Part shown: positions 16,747-26,318 of the stretch, one piece after another
Position numbering within the stretch: position 1 is the stretch's first letter
Layout: every line of letters begins with the position of its first letter
Source of the DNA: a virus
IMG/VR virus record: IMGVR_UViG_3300011005_000053
Length of the DNA: 64,000 nt
Direction: 5' to 3' (one strand)
Translations under genes and position numbers: made by a program
Notes under the pieces: model-generated
Seen by the model: the letters and a program-made list of their open reading frames with translations, nothing else
Told to the model about the DNA's origin: nothing
The model's database searches: none

Positions 16747-18516
16747 ATGAGCACCGAATTAAGATTCCATACCGGCGATAAGGTGCGCATCCTGCGGCGG
16801 CTGTTTGGCCACAGCTTGACGATCGGAGGCGTGTACGAAGTTGAAGTGCATGATGTCAACTATAAGGCCAAGGGCGTTCGGGTCGCGCCGTACTTCACAG
16901 ACAAGGAGTGCGGCCCGGTTTGGGAGGTGGGCGACCTTGTCCGTGTCGTGCCGAGCGCTAACGAATTCGGCCACAACTACATGGTTGGCGATTTGTGTGA
17001 GGTCGAAATCGTCTATAACCATTCGCTGCATCTTGTGCGCAAACCTGATAATCTGCGTCAGGCTGTGCTGCCCGCGGACATTGAGTGGGTGCGGCGTGGA
17101 AATATCACTGCAGAAAACGAAATTGAAAATAAGGAGAAAAGCGACATGAAATACGAAGTCAACGGCGAAATGTACACCGCCGAGGAACTGGAGGAAATGG
17201 GTTATAAGCGCTGCTGCGATTGCGGTGAGTGGCTGCCCGCAGACGAATTTGAATACGAATATCACGGCGACCCGCTGTGCAACAGCTGCTTCGAGGACAA
17301 CTATTTTGTCTGCGAAGACTGCGGCGAAGTTGAACATGCGGACGATATGGTGACCGTGTATACATATCGCGGCGGTGAAAAATACGTTTGCTCCTACTGC
17401 GCCGATCGCAACTATTACCAGTGCATCGACTGCGGCGAACACTTCATCCGTCGCGCCGGATACGTTGATTCCAACGACGATTTCCTCTGCGACAACTGCT
17501 ATGACGATCATTACTGGCATACCTGTGATGATTGCGGCTGTTTTATCGCCGAGGGGAATGAGTATTACTCCGAATACGACGACAACTGCTACTGCGACAA
17601 CTGCATCGGCGATCACGAAGGAGGAATCGGGTCGTATCACGCTCATAAGGGCGAATACGAATACAACATCGGATATATGCCCGGCGAGGATTACTACAAC
17701 ACTTTGACCTTCGGCATCGAGGACGAAATGGATGACGGCGACGATCCGTGTGAGTGCGTGGATGCCATGTCCGCCATTACCGATCGCGTCGTGTTCGAGC
17801 ATGATGGCAGTCTGAGCGATGACGGGTTTGAAATGATTTCGTATCCGGGATCTCTCCGCTATCACATGGAGAAAATGCCTTATGCGGATCTATTCAGAAA
17901 GGCAAGCGACTATGATTACAAGTCTCACGACACCGACACCTGCGGCCTGCATATCCATGTCGGACGTAGCTGCCTAACCAACAGCGATACATACAAAATC
18001 GTTATGCTGGCCAAGCGGTTTGAAAAGGAATTGACCAAGTTCAGCCGCCGCAGATCCGAAAACCTTTCCCAGTGGGCAAGCTTCGGACGCATGTTGACCG
18101 AGTATGATCCCGACAAGATTTACAACGACGTAAGAGCCAGCGACGTGATCAATTTCGGTAATCGGTATCAGGCGGTCAATCTGACAAATCGTTCTACGAT
18201 CGAATTCCGTATCTTCCGTGGAAGTCTGGTGCGCGACACCGTGATTTCCTCGATTCAGCTTGTCAGCAACATCTGCCGCTATGCCATGGAGCATAGTTGG
18301 GAGGAAGTCTGCACGTCTAAGTGGAAAGAGGTGGCGCTCTACGAGGAATTCGATGAGCTCCACGCTTACATGGTGGTCCGGAAGCTGATTCCGGACGAGC
18401 TGCCGCCGGAGGATATGCCCGAGGTCGAAGACGATGTCACGCCTCGTGTGGCTTTGCGCCAGCACACGGTTTCTATCCCGGACCCGGTGGCGGCGATCAC
18501 ACCTTCGCTGTCCTGA
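16747..18516 (+). CDS. amidoligase-family enzyme fused to N-terminal tandem zinc-ribbon (CxxC) repeats
   Basis: C-terminal half has GLHIHVGR and TIEFRIFRGSL, typical of phage amidoligases (glutamine-synthetase/GCS2-like). The N-terminal ~300 aa carry at least 8 CxxC pairs. Confidence 0.6.
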   Translation: MSTELRFHTGDKVRILRRLFGHSLTIGGVYEVEVHDVNYKAKGVRVAPYFTDKECGPVWEVGDLVRVVPSANEFGHNYMVGDLCEVEIVYNHSLHLVRKPDNLRQAVLPADIEWVRRGNITAENEIENKEKSDMKYEVNGEMYTAEELEEMGYKRCCDCGEWLPADEFEYEYHGDPLCNSCFEDNYFVCEDCGEVEHADDMVTVYTYRGGEKYVCSYCADRNYYQCIDCGEHFIRRAGYVDSNDDFLCDNCYDDHYWHTCDDCGCFIAEGNEYYSEYDDNCYCDNCIGDHEGGIGSYHAHKGEYEYNIGYMPGEDYYNTLTFGIEDEMDDGDDPCECVDAMSAITDRVVFEHDGSLSDDGFEMISYPGSLRYHMEKMPYADLFRKASDYDYKSHDTDTCGLHIHVGRSCLTNSDTYKIVMLAKRFEKELTKFSRRRSENLSQWASFGRMLTEYDPDKIYNDVRASDVINFGNRYQAVNLTNRSTIEFRIFRGSLVRDTVISSIQLVSNICRYAMEHSWEEVCTSKWKEVALYEEFDELHAYMVVRKLIPDELPPEDMPEVEDDVTPRVALRQHTVSIPDPVAAITPSLS

Positions 18517-18546
18517 TTACATAACAAATAAAGGAGGAATGTGCCT

Positions 18547-19554
18547 ATGTGCATTATTGCGGCGAAACCTGCAGGGGTTGAACTCCCAGACGAGAATATC
18601 TTCTACAACATGTGGACAAACAATTCGGATGGTGCCGGCATCATGTATGTGAAAGACGGCAAGGTGCGTATCGAAAAGGGGTTCATGAAATACACCGACT
18701 TCACGTCCGCGCTGTCTTCTCTGAAACGGAAAATGAATCTGAAGAACACGCCGATGGTATTCCACTTCCGCATTACGACCCACGGCGGAACCAGCGAGGA
18801 AAATTGTCATCCGTTTCCTGTGACGCGGAGCATTGAAATGCTCAAAAGGAAAACGTGTGCAACCGCGCTGGGCGTGGCTCACAACGGAATCATTTCATCC
18901 GTGACCCCGCGCAAAGGAATCAGCGACACGATGGAGTATATTGCCACGCAACTTGCTCCGCTTTATGCATCCATGCCGAGCTTCTATCGCGATCCGAATC
19001 TGGTCGAGATGATCTCCAATGCCATCAAGAGCAAAATGACTTTTCTGAACAGCAAGGGCGAGATCTACACCATTGGCGATTTCATCGAAGACAAGGGCAT
19101 CATGTACTCGAATTCGACTTACAAAATGCGGATGTACTATCCGTCCTATTCCTATTGGGATGAAATGGATGGCGGCTGGGGATACGGTTATGACAAGGAC
19201 GAGGGGATCTGCCGGGATGAAAAGCTGCTCATGTGGTGCGATCTTCTGCCGGACGGCTCCTACGCTTTCGATTTCAGTTCCGGTGAAATGTGCGACGATC
19301 TGACAGAGTTTCGTATGGATTCCTGCGGCAATGTCTACTGGTACGACCCGGACATGGATGCCTGCGAGCAGATCGAGGAAATCGGAATTTACCTGCCGGA
19401 CGGCAACACACCGAAGTTCGATCCCGAACTCGCTGCATATGAAGCGGTCGTGGATTGGGACGCTATCGCCGCTGCCTATGAGGAGGCGGACAAGAAGCGC
19501 AATGAGGCGCTGGTTGTGGTGGACGAGAAACCAAAAAAGAAAAAGAAAAAGTGA
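18547..19554 (+). CDS. class-II (Ntn) glutamine amidotransferase-like protein
   Basis: Begins Met-Cys (MCIIAAKP), the Ntn-hydrolase catalytic Cys1 arrangement. AAAGGAGGAA plus 9 nt then ATG at 18547. Classic partner of phage amidoligases. Lysine-rich tail. Confidence 0.6.
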   Translation: MCIIAAKPAGVELPDENIFYNMWTNNSDGAGIMYVKDGKVRIEKGFMKYTDFTSALSSLKRKMNLKNTPMVFHFRITTHGGTSEENCHPFPVTRSIEMLKRKTCATALGVAHNGIISSVTPRKGISDTMEYIATQLAPLYASMPSFYRDPNLVEMISNAIKSKMTFLNSKGEIYTIGDFIEDKGIMYSNSTYKMRMYYPSYSYWDEMDGGWGYGYDKDEGICRDEKLLMWCDLLPDGSYAFDFSSGEMCDDLTEFRMDSCGNVYWYDPDMDACEQIEEIGIYLPDGNTPKFDPELAAYEAVVDWDAIAAAYEEADKKRNEALVVVDEKPKKKKKK

Positions 19555-19566
19555 GGGGGAATCGAC

Positions 19567-19791
19567 TTGATCACGTTGAGTGAAGCCTTTAAGCTCTGTC
19601 AGATCCGTGACGATGAGGTGGTAAGAATGGTGAAGGAAGGAGATTCCTACCCGTGGTACGCGCCATCCTTCTATACCGGAGCAGAAATCCGGAAGCGTAT
19701 GGATATGAAAAAGATTCAGGTCGTCCACATTCGTCCATACTTTGCCTTCTATGAATACCAAGGAATGGCATTTGAAGTGCGCGGCCTGTAA
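19567..19791 (+). CDS. hypothetical protein (TTG start)
   Basis: GAGGGGGAA plus 6 nt then TTG. Confidence 0.4.
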   Translation: MITLSEAFKLCQIRDDEVVRMVKEGDSYPWYAPSFYTGAEIRKRMDMKKIQVVHIRPYFAFYEYQGMAFEVRGL

Positions 19792-19818
19792 CGAAATTTA
19801 GTTTGATTGGAGGACACA

Positions 19819-20289
19819 ATGAAAAAATGCGCAGTGTTATATACCAATACGCTTACAGGGGAGGAACGATGGGCTTGCAGTTATGATGAACACGGCTGTT
19901 CGTATTGCCTTCGGCCGCGTATATCAGTCATTCCTCGCGATCACAATGACGCTGCGGAATTCTACGGTAAAAACCGCAAGAAACGAGCAATCAAAATGAT
20001 AAACAATGATCAAAAATTTCACAGATGGTATGGGTGGAAAGCATCCATCATCGAGTATGACGGTGATCCGCATTGGTATTTTGAACTCCAATATGTTCTT
20101 GCAAATCAATACGGTAATCATTTTTATGAGCAAGTCCCGAAGCGTTTCCCTCTGCGTGAAGATGTCAAATATCGTTTGGTTGGCTCAAATACAAGGCCAC
20201 TCATCTGTGACCTGCCGCTCGATGAATTGCAACGCCTATACGAATGGCGTAAAGCGAATTATAAAGGCAAAATCAAAGAAGAAATTTAG
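19819..20289 (+). CDS. hypothetical protein
   Basis: GGAGGACACA then ATG at 19819. Confidence 0.55.
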   Translation: MKKCAVLYTNTLTGEERWACSYDEHGCSYCLRPRISVIPRDHNDAAEFYGKNRKKRAIKMINNDQKFHRWYGWKASIIEYDGDPHWYFELQYVLANQYGNHFYEQVPKRFPLREDVKYRLVGSNTRPLICDLPLDELQRLYEWRKANYKGKIKEEI

Positions 20290-20309
20290 ATTTGATAGGA
20301 GGAATGCGT

Positions 20310-20645
20310 ATGTTGGACTATATTGACGGCCTTGATCCAGAAGAAAAATACTCGGACGGTCCTGTTATGTTCTCGGCTTACGACCAAACATGGGATTACA
20401 AAACGCGGGCACAGCTCAGAAACGAGTATAACGTTATTTATAACGGCGGCATCTGGGCATACATGAAAATCGGAACTGCCGACCATCCACTCGTAGCGGT
20501 TGGGTTTGAAGACGATGGTACGATCCAGTTCCCGAGACAATACGGGCAGTTTACACACTGTTTCTCGCCTTATTGGATAGACTCGATTATCAGTGGACTT
20601 CAAGACATGAAAAAGCTCTGTGAAACCCGCGCAGAAATTGAATAG
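20310..20645 (+). CDS. hypothetical protein
   Basis: GATAGGAGGA plus 7 nt then ATG. Confidence 0.55.
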   Translation: MLDYIDGLDPEEKYSDGPVMFSAYDQTWDYKTRAQLRNEYNVIYNGGIWAYMKIGTADHPLVAVGFEDDGTIQFPRQYGQFTHCFSPYWIDSIISGLQDMKKLCETRAEIE

Positions 20646-20655
20646 GAGGATTTTT

Positions 20656-21015
20656 ATGAGACGAGTTGTAGACGACAGAATGTACGGCGTTATTTCGGAT
20701 CAGATCAACAAACTGATCTGGTCGCTCGACCCGAAGCCGCTCAGCGCATACTCCTGGGGTATGGATCGCGTCGATGTCGGCAAGGTGCGAGACGCGATCG
20801 CAGCACGAATTCCCAATATCAAATTCGGCAAAAACGAACACGCAAATGGAATTGTAAATAACAATGCCTATGAAATCATCTACACCGGCAACCAGCGAGA
20901 GGAACAGATCTGTGGCCTGCTCCATCTGACGGACGACATGTGTGGCGGCGTGATCTGTTGGGTGTCCGATGTGGATGGCACGACGAAAACGCCGAGCAGG
21001 AAGCTGAGAGTATAA
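20656..21015 (+). CDS. hypothetical protein
   Basis: ATAGGAGGATTTTT then ATG. Confidence 0.55.
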   Translation: MRRVVDDRMYGVISDQINKLIWSLDPKPLSAYSWGMDRVDVGKVRDAIAARIPNIKFGKNEHANGIVNNNAYEIIYTGNQREEQICGLLHLTDDMCGGVICWVSDVDGTTKTPSRKLRV

Positions 21016-21032
21016 ACATGAAGGAGGGAGTC

Positions 21033-21248
21033 ATGTTTTACGTTTTGGATTTCTTTGATCACACGTTTGTGCCGTGCGAATATCCTGAGCAGGTCAAAGC
21101 GGCAATCGAACAGAAATATCCGACCGGCAGCAAGGAAGCAGATTTTGTTGAGGATTATATCGAAATCATCTTTCGCCCGTTCCTCGACGTCAGCGATCCG
21201 GATCTGTACTATACCCACGATGAGTTTATGAAATACTGGATGAACTAA
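21033..21248 (+). CDS. hypothetical protein
   Basis: AAGGAGGGAGTC then ATG. Confidence 0.5.
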   Translation: MFYVLDFFDHTFVPCEYPEQVKAAIEQKYPTGSKEADFVEDYIEIIFRPFLDVSDPDLYYTHDEFMKYWMN

Positions 21249-21263
21249 GGAGGAATTTGAATT

Positions 21264-21686
21264 ATGAAAGCAATTACGAAGACGCAGGAAGTTGTAGTTG
21301 GATACGAAGCCGACGACGGAACTTGGTTCAACAGCGAAGAGCAGTGCAAGGCGTATGAACAGACGGCCAGAAGTGTGATCAAAACCCAGTGGCAGAAGCT
21401 CAGTACGGTTTTTAACGAGCACAATATTCCGTTCTCGTTTGAAGATTGTGTCCGCGTAATCGATGTGAAGGACATGAATACGGTCGTGGCCGCCAATATG
21501 TACGGCAAGGAGTGCTGCGGTTGGGAATCCGTGCTTAGCTCCGACATGATCGGAAAACGCGTGGCAGTAGTCACCGGATATGAAGACTGCGACATTTATG
21601 GTATTTACACCCGCGAGGAATTGGAAAAGAAATTTGCAGACGTGGTCAGTAAACTGTTCGATTTCGACAAGGAAAAGGAGGAGTAA
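21264..21686 (+). CDS. hypothetical protein
   Basis: TAAGGAGGAATTTGAATT then ATG. Confidence 0.55.
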   Translation: MKAITKTQEVVVGYEADDGTWFNSEEQCKAYEQTARSVIKTQWQKLSTVFNEHNIPFSFEDCVRVIDVKDMNTVVAANMYGKECCGWESVLSSDMIGKRVAVVTGYEDCDIYGIYTREELEKKFADVVSKLFDFDKEKEE

Positions 21687-21688
21687 AA

Positions 21689-21931
21689 ATGGATCTGCAG
21701 TACGTTGTTATGACCAAGGAGGGTTTTATACCGGCGATGGACGAGTGGTTGGCGCTCGACATTGCATTTGGCGATGTTGAAATGGACCATGCAACGGTCA
21801 ACGCGTATCTGGACGAGCTCCGTTCCATGGGCGCAAACGAATCGCGTAAGTTGGGCGGCATCAATTTCCTGAGATTTTTTGTCCTGCCGCCCAATCCGAA
21901 CGAGCTCGGTGCAATGTATTTGCCGACATGA
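21689..21931 (+). CDS. hypothetical protein
   Basis: AAAAGGAGGAGTAAAA then ATG. Confidence 0.55.
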   Translation: MDLQYVVMTKEGFIPAMDEWLALDIAFGDVEMDHATVNAYLDELRSMGANESRKLGGINFLRFFVLPPNPNELGAMYLPT

Positions 21932-22119
21932 AGATCCCGCAATCGGAGTTGAACGCACCTGGTGTTCTCTGCCGTACCGTGGGCGGCACTAATTACCAGG
22001 TGACGTACAACATAGCCAAGGACAAATTTACCCTTTGGAAGTTAGGTGCCGATGGCGCCGACAAACTTTTGACCGCTGCGAACATCGATAAGTGTTACGC
22101 CGCGATCCCGTGGAGATAG
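21928..22119 (+). CDS. hypothetical protein
   Basis: ATGA overlap with the upstream gene. Confidence 0.45.
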   Translation: MKIPQSELNAPGVLCRTVGGTNYQVTYNIAKDKFTLWKLGADGADKLLTAANIDKCYAAIPWR

Positions 22120-22130
22120 GAGGAATGCAT

Positions 22131-22286
22131 ATGCCTGAAAAGAAAGTCGCCAGTTTTAAGAATGCCGCCATTTACCGGGTTGGAAAAGGGAAAGACGCCA
22201 TTTACCGTCTGATACATAATGGCGTTCTCGTGGCGGTTGACAAGAGTTTTTATTATCTGCATCAGATCATGTACCAGATCGGGTGA
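22131..22286 (+). CDS. excisionase/AlpA-like HTH DNA-binding protein
   Basis: KGKDAIYRLIHNGVLVAVDKSFYY resembles excisionase-family winged helix proteins. GGAGATAGGAGGAATGCAT then ATG. Confidence 0.5.
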   Translation: MPEKKVASFKNAAIYRVGKGKDAIYRLIHNGVLVAVDKSFYYLHQIMYQIG

Positions 22287-22291
22287 GAAGA

Positions 22292-22612
22292 ATGAGGCGT
22301 TACACATATCTTGGCGTAGCGGGAGAGTATTGCTGTATGCTGTCTTCTCTTGCGCCGTTTGAACAGTTGATCGAACACAACAGCGAAATCGATCAGAAGG
22401 ATTTTTATTATGAGGGCGCCACAAATTGGTGCGGCCGCGATACGATCGAACGAACGTGCAGGCTTGAAGTCCTCACGGCAACAGGAAGAAAAATCAAATT
22501 AGAGTATCCGATCACATTTCATGGCACAGATTACGATTCTGGCCATGAATACGGATGGTCATTTACGGTAGAAGAGGTTTGGGAAGTCAATTTTGGGCAA
22601 GGAGGAATTTGA
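22292..22612 (+). CDS. hypothetical protein
   Basis: ORF with a weak RBS. Confidence 0.4.
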   Translation: MRRYTYLGVAGEYCCMLSSLAPFEQLIEHNSEIDQKDFYYEGATNWCGRDTIERTCRLEVLTATGRKIKLEYPITFHGTDYDSGHEYGWSFTVEEVWEVNFGQGGI

Positions 22613-22615
22613 TTT

Positions 22616-23569
22616 ATGCATTATGTTGAAAGTATGTTCAGTGTCCGCGAGAAACCCTGGCACTATTCCATGACGAAAGATGTGACAAAGATCCTGCAGG
22701 ACGCGCCGAACAGCGCCGAGGCTCTGCGTCTGGCCGGCCTGGATTGGAACGTGATCCAGAAAGACATCCAGCTCAAGGACGAAAATGGCGATCGGATTCC
22801 AGGCTATAAGGCCAACGTTCGCTCTTCGGACAACCGTGTGCTCGGCGTGGTATCCGACCGCTACCGCATCGTTCAGAACACCGAGGCGTTTGCGTTCACT
22901 GACGAGCTGATCGGCGGCGATGTCCGATACGAAACCGCCGGCAGCCTCCAGAACGGCAAGAAAGTCTGGCTGCTGGCCCGGCTTCCGGATACGAAACTGG
23001 TCGGAGACGACGTGGAATCCTACGTTTGCTTCTCGAATACGCATGACGGCAGCGGCAGCGTCCGCGTCTGTATGACACCGATCCGCGTGGTGTGCAACAA
23101 CACGCTGAACCTGGCTCTGAACTCGGCTAAGCGTGCGTGGAGTACGCCGCATGTGGGCGACGTTCAGGGCAAGATCCGCGAGGCGCGGCAGTGCCTCGAA
23201 CTGGCGGAGGATTATATGGATTCTCTGGCCGAGTACGCCGACAAGCTCGCTAATACGAAACTGGAAGAGACGAAGCTGCGGGAGATCATTGACGAAATGT
23301 TTGCCGTCCCCGAGGATGAAACCGATCGCAAGAAGGCAAACGCACAGGCAGCCAAGGACAGTTTCATGGTGTGCTACTTTGCGCCCGACATTGCCAAGTT
23401 CCGTGGTACGGCATGGGGTGCAGTCAACGCCATGAGCGATATGGTCTCTCACGCAGCTCCGGCCCGCAACACCGGCACCTATGCCGAAAACAACTGGGGA
23501 CGAATCATGGATGGCCATGCGCTTCTGGATCAGCTGGTGGCCAAAGTCGGAAAATTTGTGGAGGATTAA
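22616..23569 (+). CDS. DUF932-family (phage/plasmid-related) protein
   Basis: FSNTHDGSGSVRV matches the NxHDGS signature of this family. CAAGGAGGAATTTGATTT then ATG. Confidence 0.55.
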   Translation: MHYVESMFSVREKPWHYSMTKDVTKILQDAPNSAEALRLAGLDWNVIQKDIQLKDENGDRIPGYKANVRSSDNRVLGVVSDRYRIVQNTEAFAFTDELIGGDVRYETAGSLQNGKKVWLLARLPDTKLVGDDVESYVCFSNTHDGSGSVRVCMTPIRVVCNNTLNLALNSAKRAWSTPHVGDVQGKIREARQCLELAEDYMDSLAEYADKLANTKLEETKLREIIDEMFAVPEDETDRKKANAQAAKDSFMVCYFAPDIAKFRGTAWGAVNAMSDMVSHAAPARNTGTYAENNWGRIMDGHALLDQLVAKVGKFVED

Positions 23570-23571
23570 TG

Positions 23572-23841
23572 ATGAAAGTGTACGTTGTGCTGACTTGGTG
23601 GGACACCGATCAGGACGACGGCCGCGAGGTTCTTGGAGCGTGGGCGGACAGAGACTCCGCCCGCGCCGCCATGAAGGCGGACGTGAATCCGATCAAAAAA
23701 CTCTACGCCGGTATGGATTGGAAATGGGATGAAGAGTACAGCGAAGAGACGGACGACTACGTCTATCTCGCTGCCGGAATCATGGACCCGTATGGAGCAA
23801 CCATTTATTGTTGGGAAGTCCTCGAAATGGACGTTCAGTAA
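23572..23841 (+). CDS. hypothetical protein
   Basis: TAATGATG overlaps the upstream stop. Confidence 0.5.
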   Translation: MKVYVVLTWWDTDQDDGREVLGAWADRDSARAAMKADVNPIKKLYAGMDWKWDEEYSEETDDYVYLAAGIMDPYGATIYCWEVLEMDVQ

Positions 23842-23851
23842 GGAGGAAGCG

Positions 23852-24052
23852 ATGCAGACATATACGATTTGTTTTCAGGTGACAGGAGGAATTTCCGTTG
23901 AAGCGGAATCGGAAGATGCGGCTCTGGAATACTTCTGGAGTGACGCCGGGCAAGAAGCTGTCGGTATGTGCCTGAGTCAGAACGAAATCGATGTAACAGA
24001 AATTTTAGATGAAGAGACCGTGAATTGGTTGGAGGAGGTAAAACACTCATGA
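23852..24052 (+). CDS. small acidic hypothetical protein
   Basis: GTAAGGAGGAAGCG then ATG. Confidence 0.5.
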   Translation: MQTYTICFQVTGGISVEAESEDAALEYFWSDAGQEAVGMCLSQNEIDVTEILDEETVNWLEEVKHS

Positions 24053-24498
24053 AGTATAGCGAAGCGAAAAAGATTCTGGACTCCATACGAAACAGCCATA
24101 AGTATGGCGGCGAAGTTCAGTTCCGTATGGCGGTTTACCACCTGATCGATACCGGCATGCGAAACTTTACGCCGGAAATCGTTGAGTCCACCTGCAAGAA
24201 AATCGATCAGCAGGACGATTCCAATGCAGTGATGACAAACGATTACCAGAAACGAATTGTCCGCCGGGCGGCCGAAATCGCTAAATCTGGCATTGATATC
24301 ACGCAGCTTCTGGTCTACATCCAGAGGGAATTCAGTTTCGATGTGGGCGACTTCATCACGGCCGACACGCTGGCCTACCGTCTGGCCCGTGTGTTGGAGG
24401 AGGATTACTGTACCGACCGGTCCGTTCTGTACGACCGCCTTGAATCTCTTGGTGCAGATATCTCTCCAGAGGAACTGAAGTATGTTGACCTTGTTTGA
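24049..24498 (+). CDS. hypothetical protein
   Basis: GGAGGAGGTAAAACACTC then ATG. ATGA overlap. Confidence 0.55.
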   Translation: MKYSEAKKILDSIRNSHKYGGEVQFRMAVYHLIDTGMRNFTPEIVESTCKKIDQQDDSNAVMTNDYQKRIVRRAAEIAKSGIDITQLLVYIQREFSFDVGDFITADTLAYRLARVLEEDYCTDRSVLYDRLESLGADISPEELKYVDLV

Positions 24499-24537
24499 TA
24501 AAACGAAGAAAGTAGCAGAGTAAAAGGAGGAATCAAA

Positions 24538-24948
24538 ATGTTTATAACGAAATTAGATCTTGCACAGGCCAATGAGCGAGAGCGGATCATTTTTGGCTAC
24601 GACTACAGGCCGGAGTTTTACGGTATGGGAGGAATTCGGTATTTCGAGCATATGCCGGTAGAAAAAGCAAAAGAACTTCTGGAGCGCGGATATATCGATC
24701 CGGACGACACGCAGAATCTTTCGCCGACGAACCAGTCTATGATCGATTTCTGTGATGACGAAACAGGGAAATGGTATCTGCACGGCTATGTGGTCAGTCC
24801 GACCAGGCTCGATACCCGCGTCAGCTTTGAGGGCGTCGGTTCCGACGCACCGCTGACCGATAAGGAAGTAGCCGATTTCTACCGTATGTTCCGCTGGGCA
24901 GACGAGTGCGACGCCGGCGATTGCGGAGCCTATTGCTGGTACGATTAA
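24538..24948 (+). CDS. hypothetical protein
   Basis: AAAAGGAGGAATCAAA then ATG. Confidence 0.55.
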   Translation: MFITKLDLAQANERERIIFGYDYRPEFYGMGGIRYFEHMPVEKAKELLERGYIDPDDTQNLSPTNQSMIDFCDDETGKWYLHGYVVSPTRLDTRVSFEGVGSDAPLTDKEVADFYRMFRWADECDAGDCGAYCWYD

Positions 24949-24960
24949 AGGAGGACGGAC

Positions 24961-25194
24961 ATGTACACACACGATGAACTTGTAGATATCGTAAGCGCAG
25001 CCAACATCTCAGGCTGCATGGAACACGCAGAGCGAATCAACATTTTTGATGACGAAACCTTGCTCGGCGTGATCGAAAAGGAATATGCCAAATGGCGTGA
25101 AAGCTGCGGAGTTACCATGGAGAATTCCAATGGAACCACATGGTACAGCTGGATCGAAAACGCGCTGCTCAAAAAATTCGGGAGGGATCAGTGA
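24961..25194 (+). CDS. hypothetical protein
   Basis: AAAGGAGGACGGAC then ATG. Confidence 0.55.
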   Translation: MYTHDELVDIVSAANISGCMEHAERINIFDDETLLGVIEKEYAKWRESCGVTMENSNGTTWYSWIENALLKKFGRDQ

Positions 25195-25195
25195 T

Positions 25196-25495
25196 ATGAA
25201 TCTGCGCGACCATCTGCTGGTGATCATCGGCATGAAAGCGGCCTACATGGACAAGAACTGCTGGATCGAACTCCCGTTTGGCGAACAGGGCGAAGAAAAA
25301 GTGGCCACTGTCTGCATATTGATCGTCGATCAGTATCTGAAAATCAAATCGCTTGGCTGGCTGGACGAGCCATTCGATCTCTTCACAGAACGCAGGCTGG
25401 AATATCACTTCGGCCACAGCAAAGAACTGATGTACCATGTGCGTCTGCCCGACCTGTCCGAGGCAGATATGTTTGAAGACGAAATGACTGTTTGA
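25196..25495 (+). CDS. hypothetical protein
   Basis: GGGAGGGATCAGTGAT then ATG. Confidence 0.5.
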   Translation: MNLRDHLLVIIGMKAAYMDKNCWIELPFGEQGEEKVATVCILIVDQYLKIKSLGWLDEPFDLFTERRLEYHFGHSKELMYHVRLPDLSEADMFEDEMTV

Positions 25496-25506
25496 TTTTC
25501 TGCATA

Positions 25507-25560
25507 AACCAGAATTAGGGTATTGACAAATGCGCGGAGGCGTGAATTGAATATTGGTCC
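25507..25560 (+). promoter_or_regulatory. conserved-motif promoter (AACCAGAATTAGGGTATTGACA) with weak -10
   Basis: TTGACA at 25524-25529. The -10 is poor (ATTGAA or TATTGG). Confidence 0.45.
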
Positions 25561-25589
25561 ACGCCTCCTGTCACAAAGGAGGAATGTGG

Positions 25590-26266
25590 ATGAGCGGATA
25601 TTACAACCGTAATGTGATCGCAAAATTCAACGACGCCTACGCAGCATATGAAGAAAAGTTTATAGACGGCGAAGAGCTGCATGTGAAATTCTCGGGAGGG
25701 AATTCCAAAATGGGAGCTGTTCCAAGCGCGTCCCTGCTTCCGTTTCTGACCTGCCCAGCCAGGTGCAGAGATACTTGTGGCCCCGCCTGTTACGCCGCCA
25801 AGCTTGCCAATCTGCGGCCGAGCGTCCTGAACTCTTACGCCAACAATACAGTGTTGGCCGTCCGTGACATGGATCGTTATTTCGAAGAAATCCGCGATTT
25901 CTGCAGAGCACAGCGCTTCTTCCGCTTTCACGTCTCCGGAGATATTATCAACAACCAGTATTTTGAGGGAATGCTTTGGACGGCAAATGAAAATCCGCAC
26001 TGCGAATTTTGGCCTTCACCAAACGATTTGAGATCGTAAACGAATACCAGGAGCTGCCGACGAATTTACATATCCTGTTTTCCGGCTGGACGAATCTGAA
26101 ACCCGTTAACCCGTATAAATTCCCGGAAACCAACATCTTCACAGAAGAAAATCCGCCGAAGGAAAACTGGACGATCTGCGGCGGCAATTGTTTCGAGTGC
26201 GCCTGTCGCGGCACCGGATGCTGGACAATTCACAACGGCGAGACTCTTGCCTTTCATAAGCATTAA
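25590..26266 (+). pseudogene. Gp37/Gp68-like (DUF5131-type, Cys-rich) gene apparently split by a frameshift near 26010-26040
   Basis: The first frame ends at 26039. A second frame, open from 25987, continues the protein to 26266 with no start signal. N-terminal TCPARCRDTCGPACYA and C-terminal CGGNCFECACRGTGC Cys clusters fall in the two frames. Confidence 0.35.
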
Positions 26267-26318
26267 TAGAGAGAAGAATTTTGGACAACACACGATGTAA
26301 ATTTAAGGAGGAAATCGA

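Noticed and set aside
16759-17865. 368-aa antisense ORF inside the amidoligase gene
   Set aside because: Val/His/Ala-rich translation of the reverse strand of the Cys/Asp-rich repeat region. A compositional artefact.
19073-19303. Alternative-frame ORFs within the amidotransferase gene (18612-18836, 18855-19163, 19073-19303)
   Set aside because: Embedded in a well-supported longer gene. Arg/His-rich.
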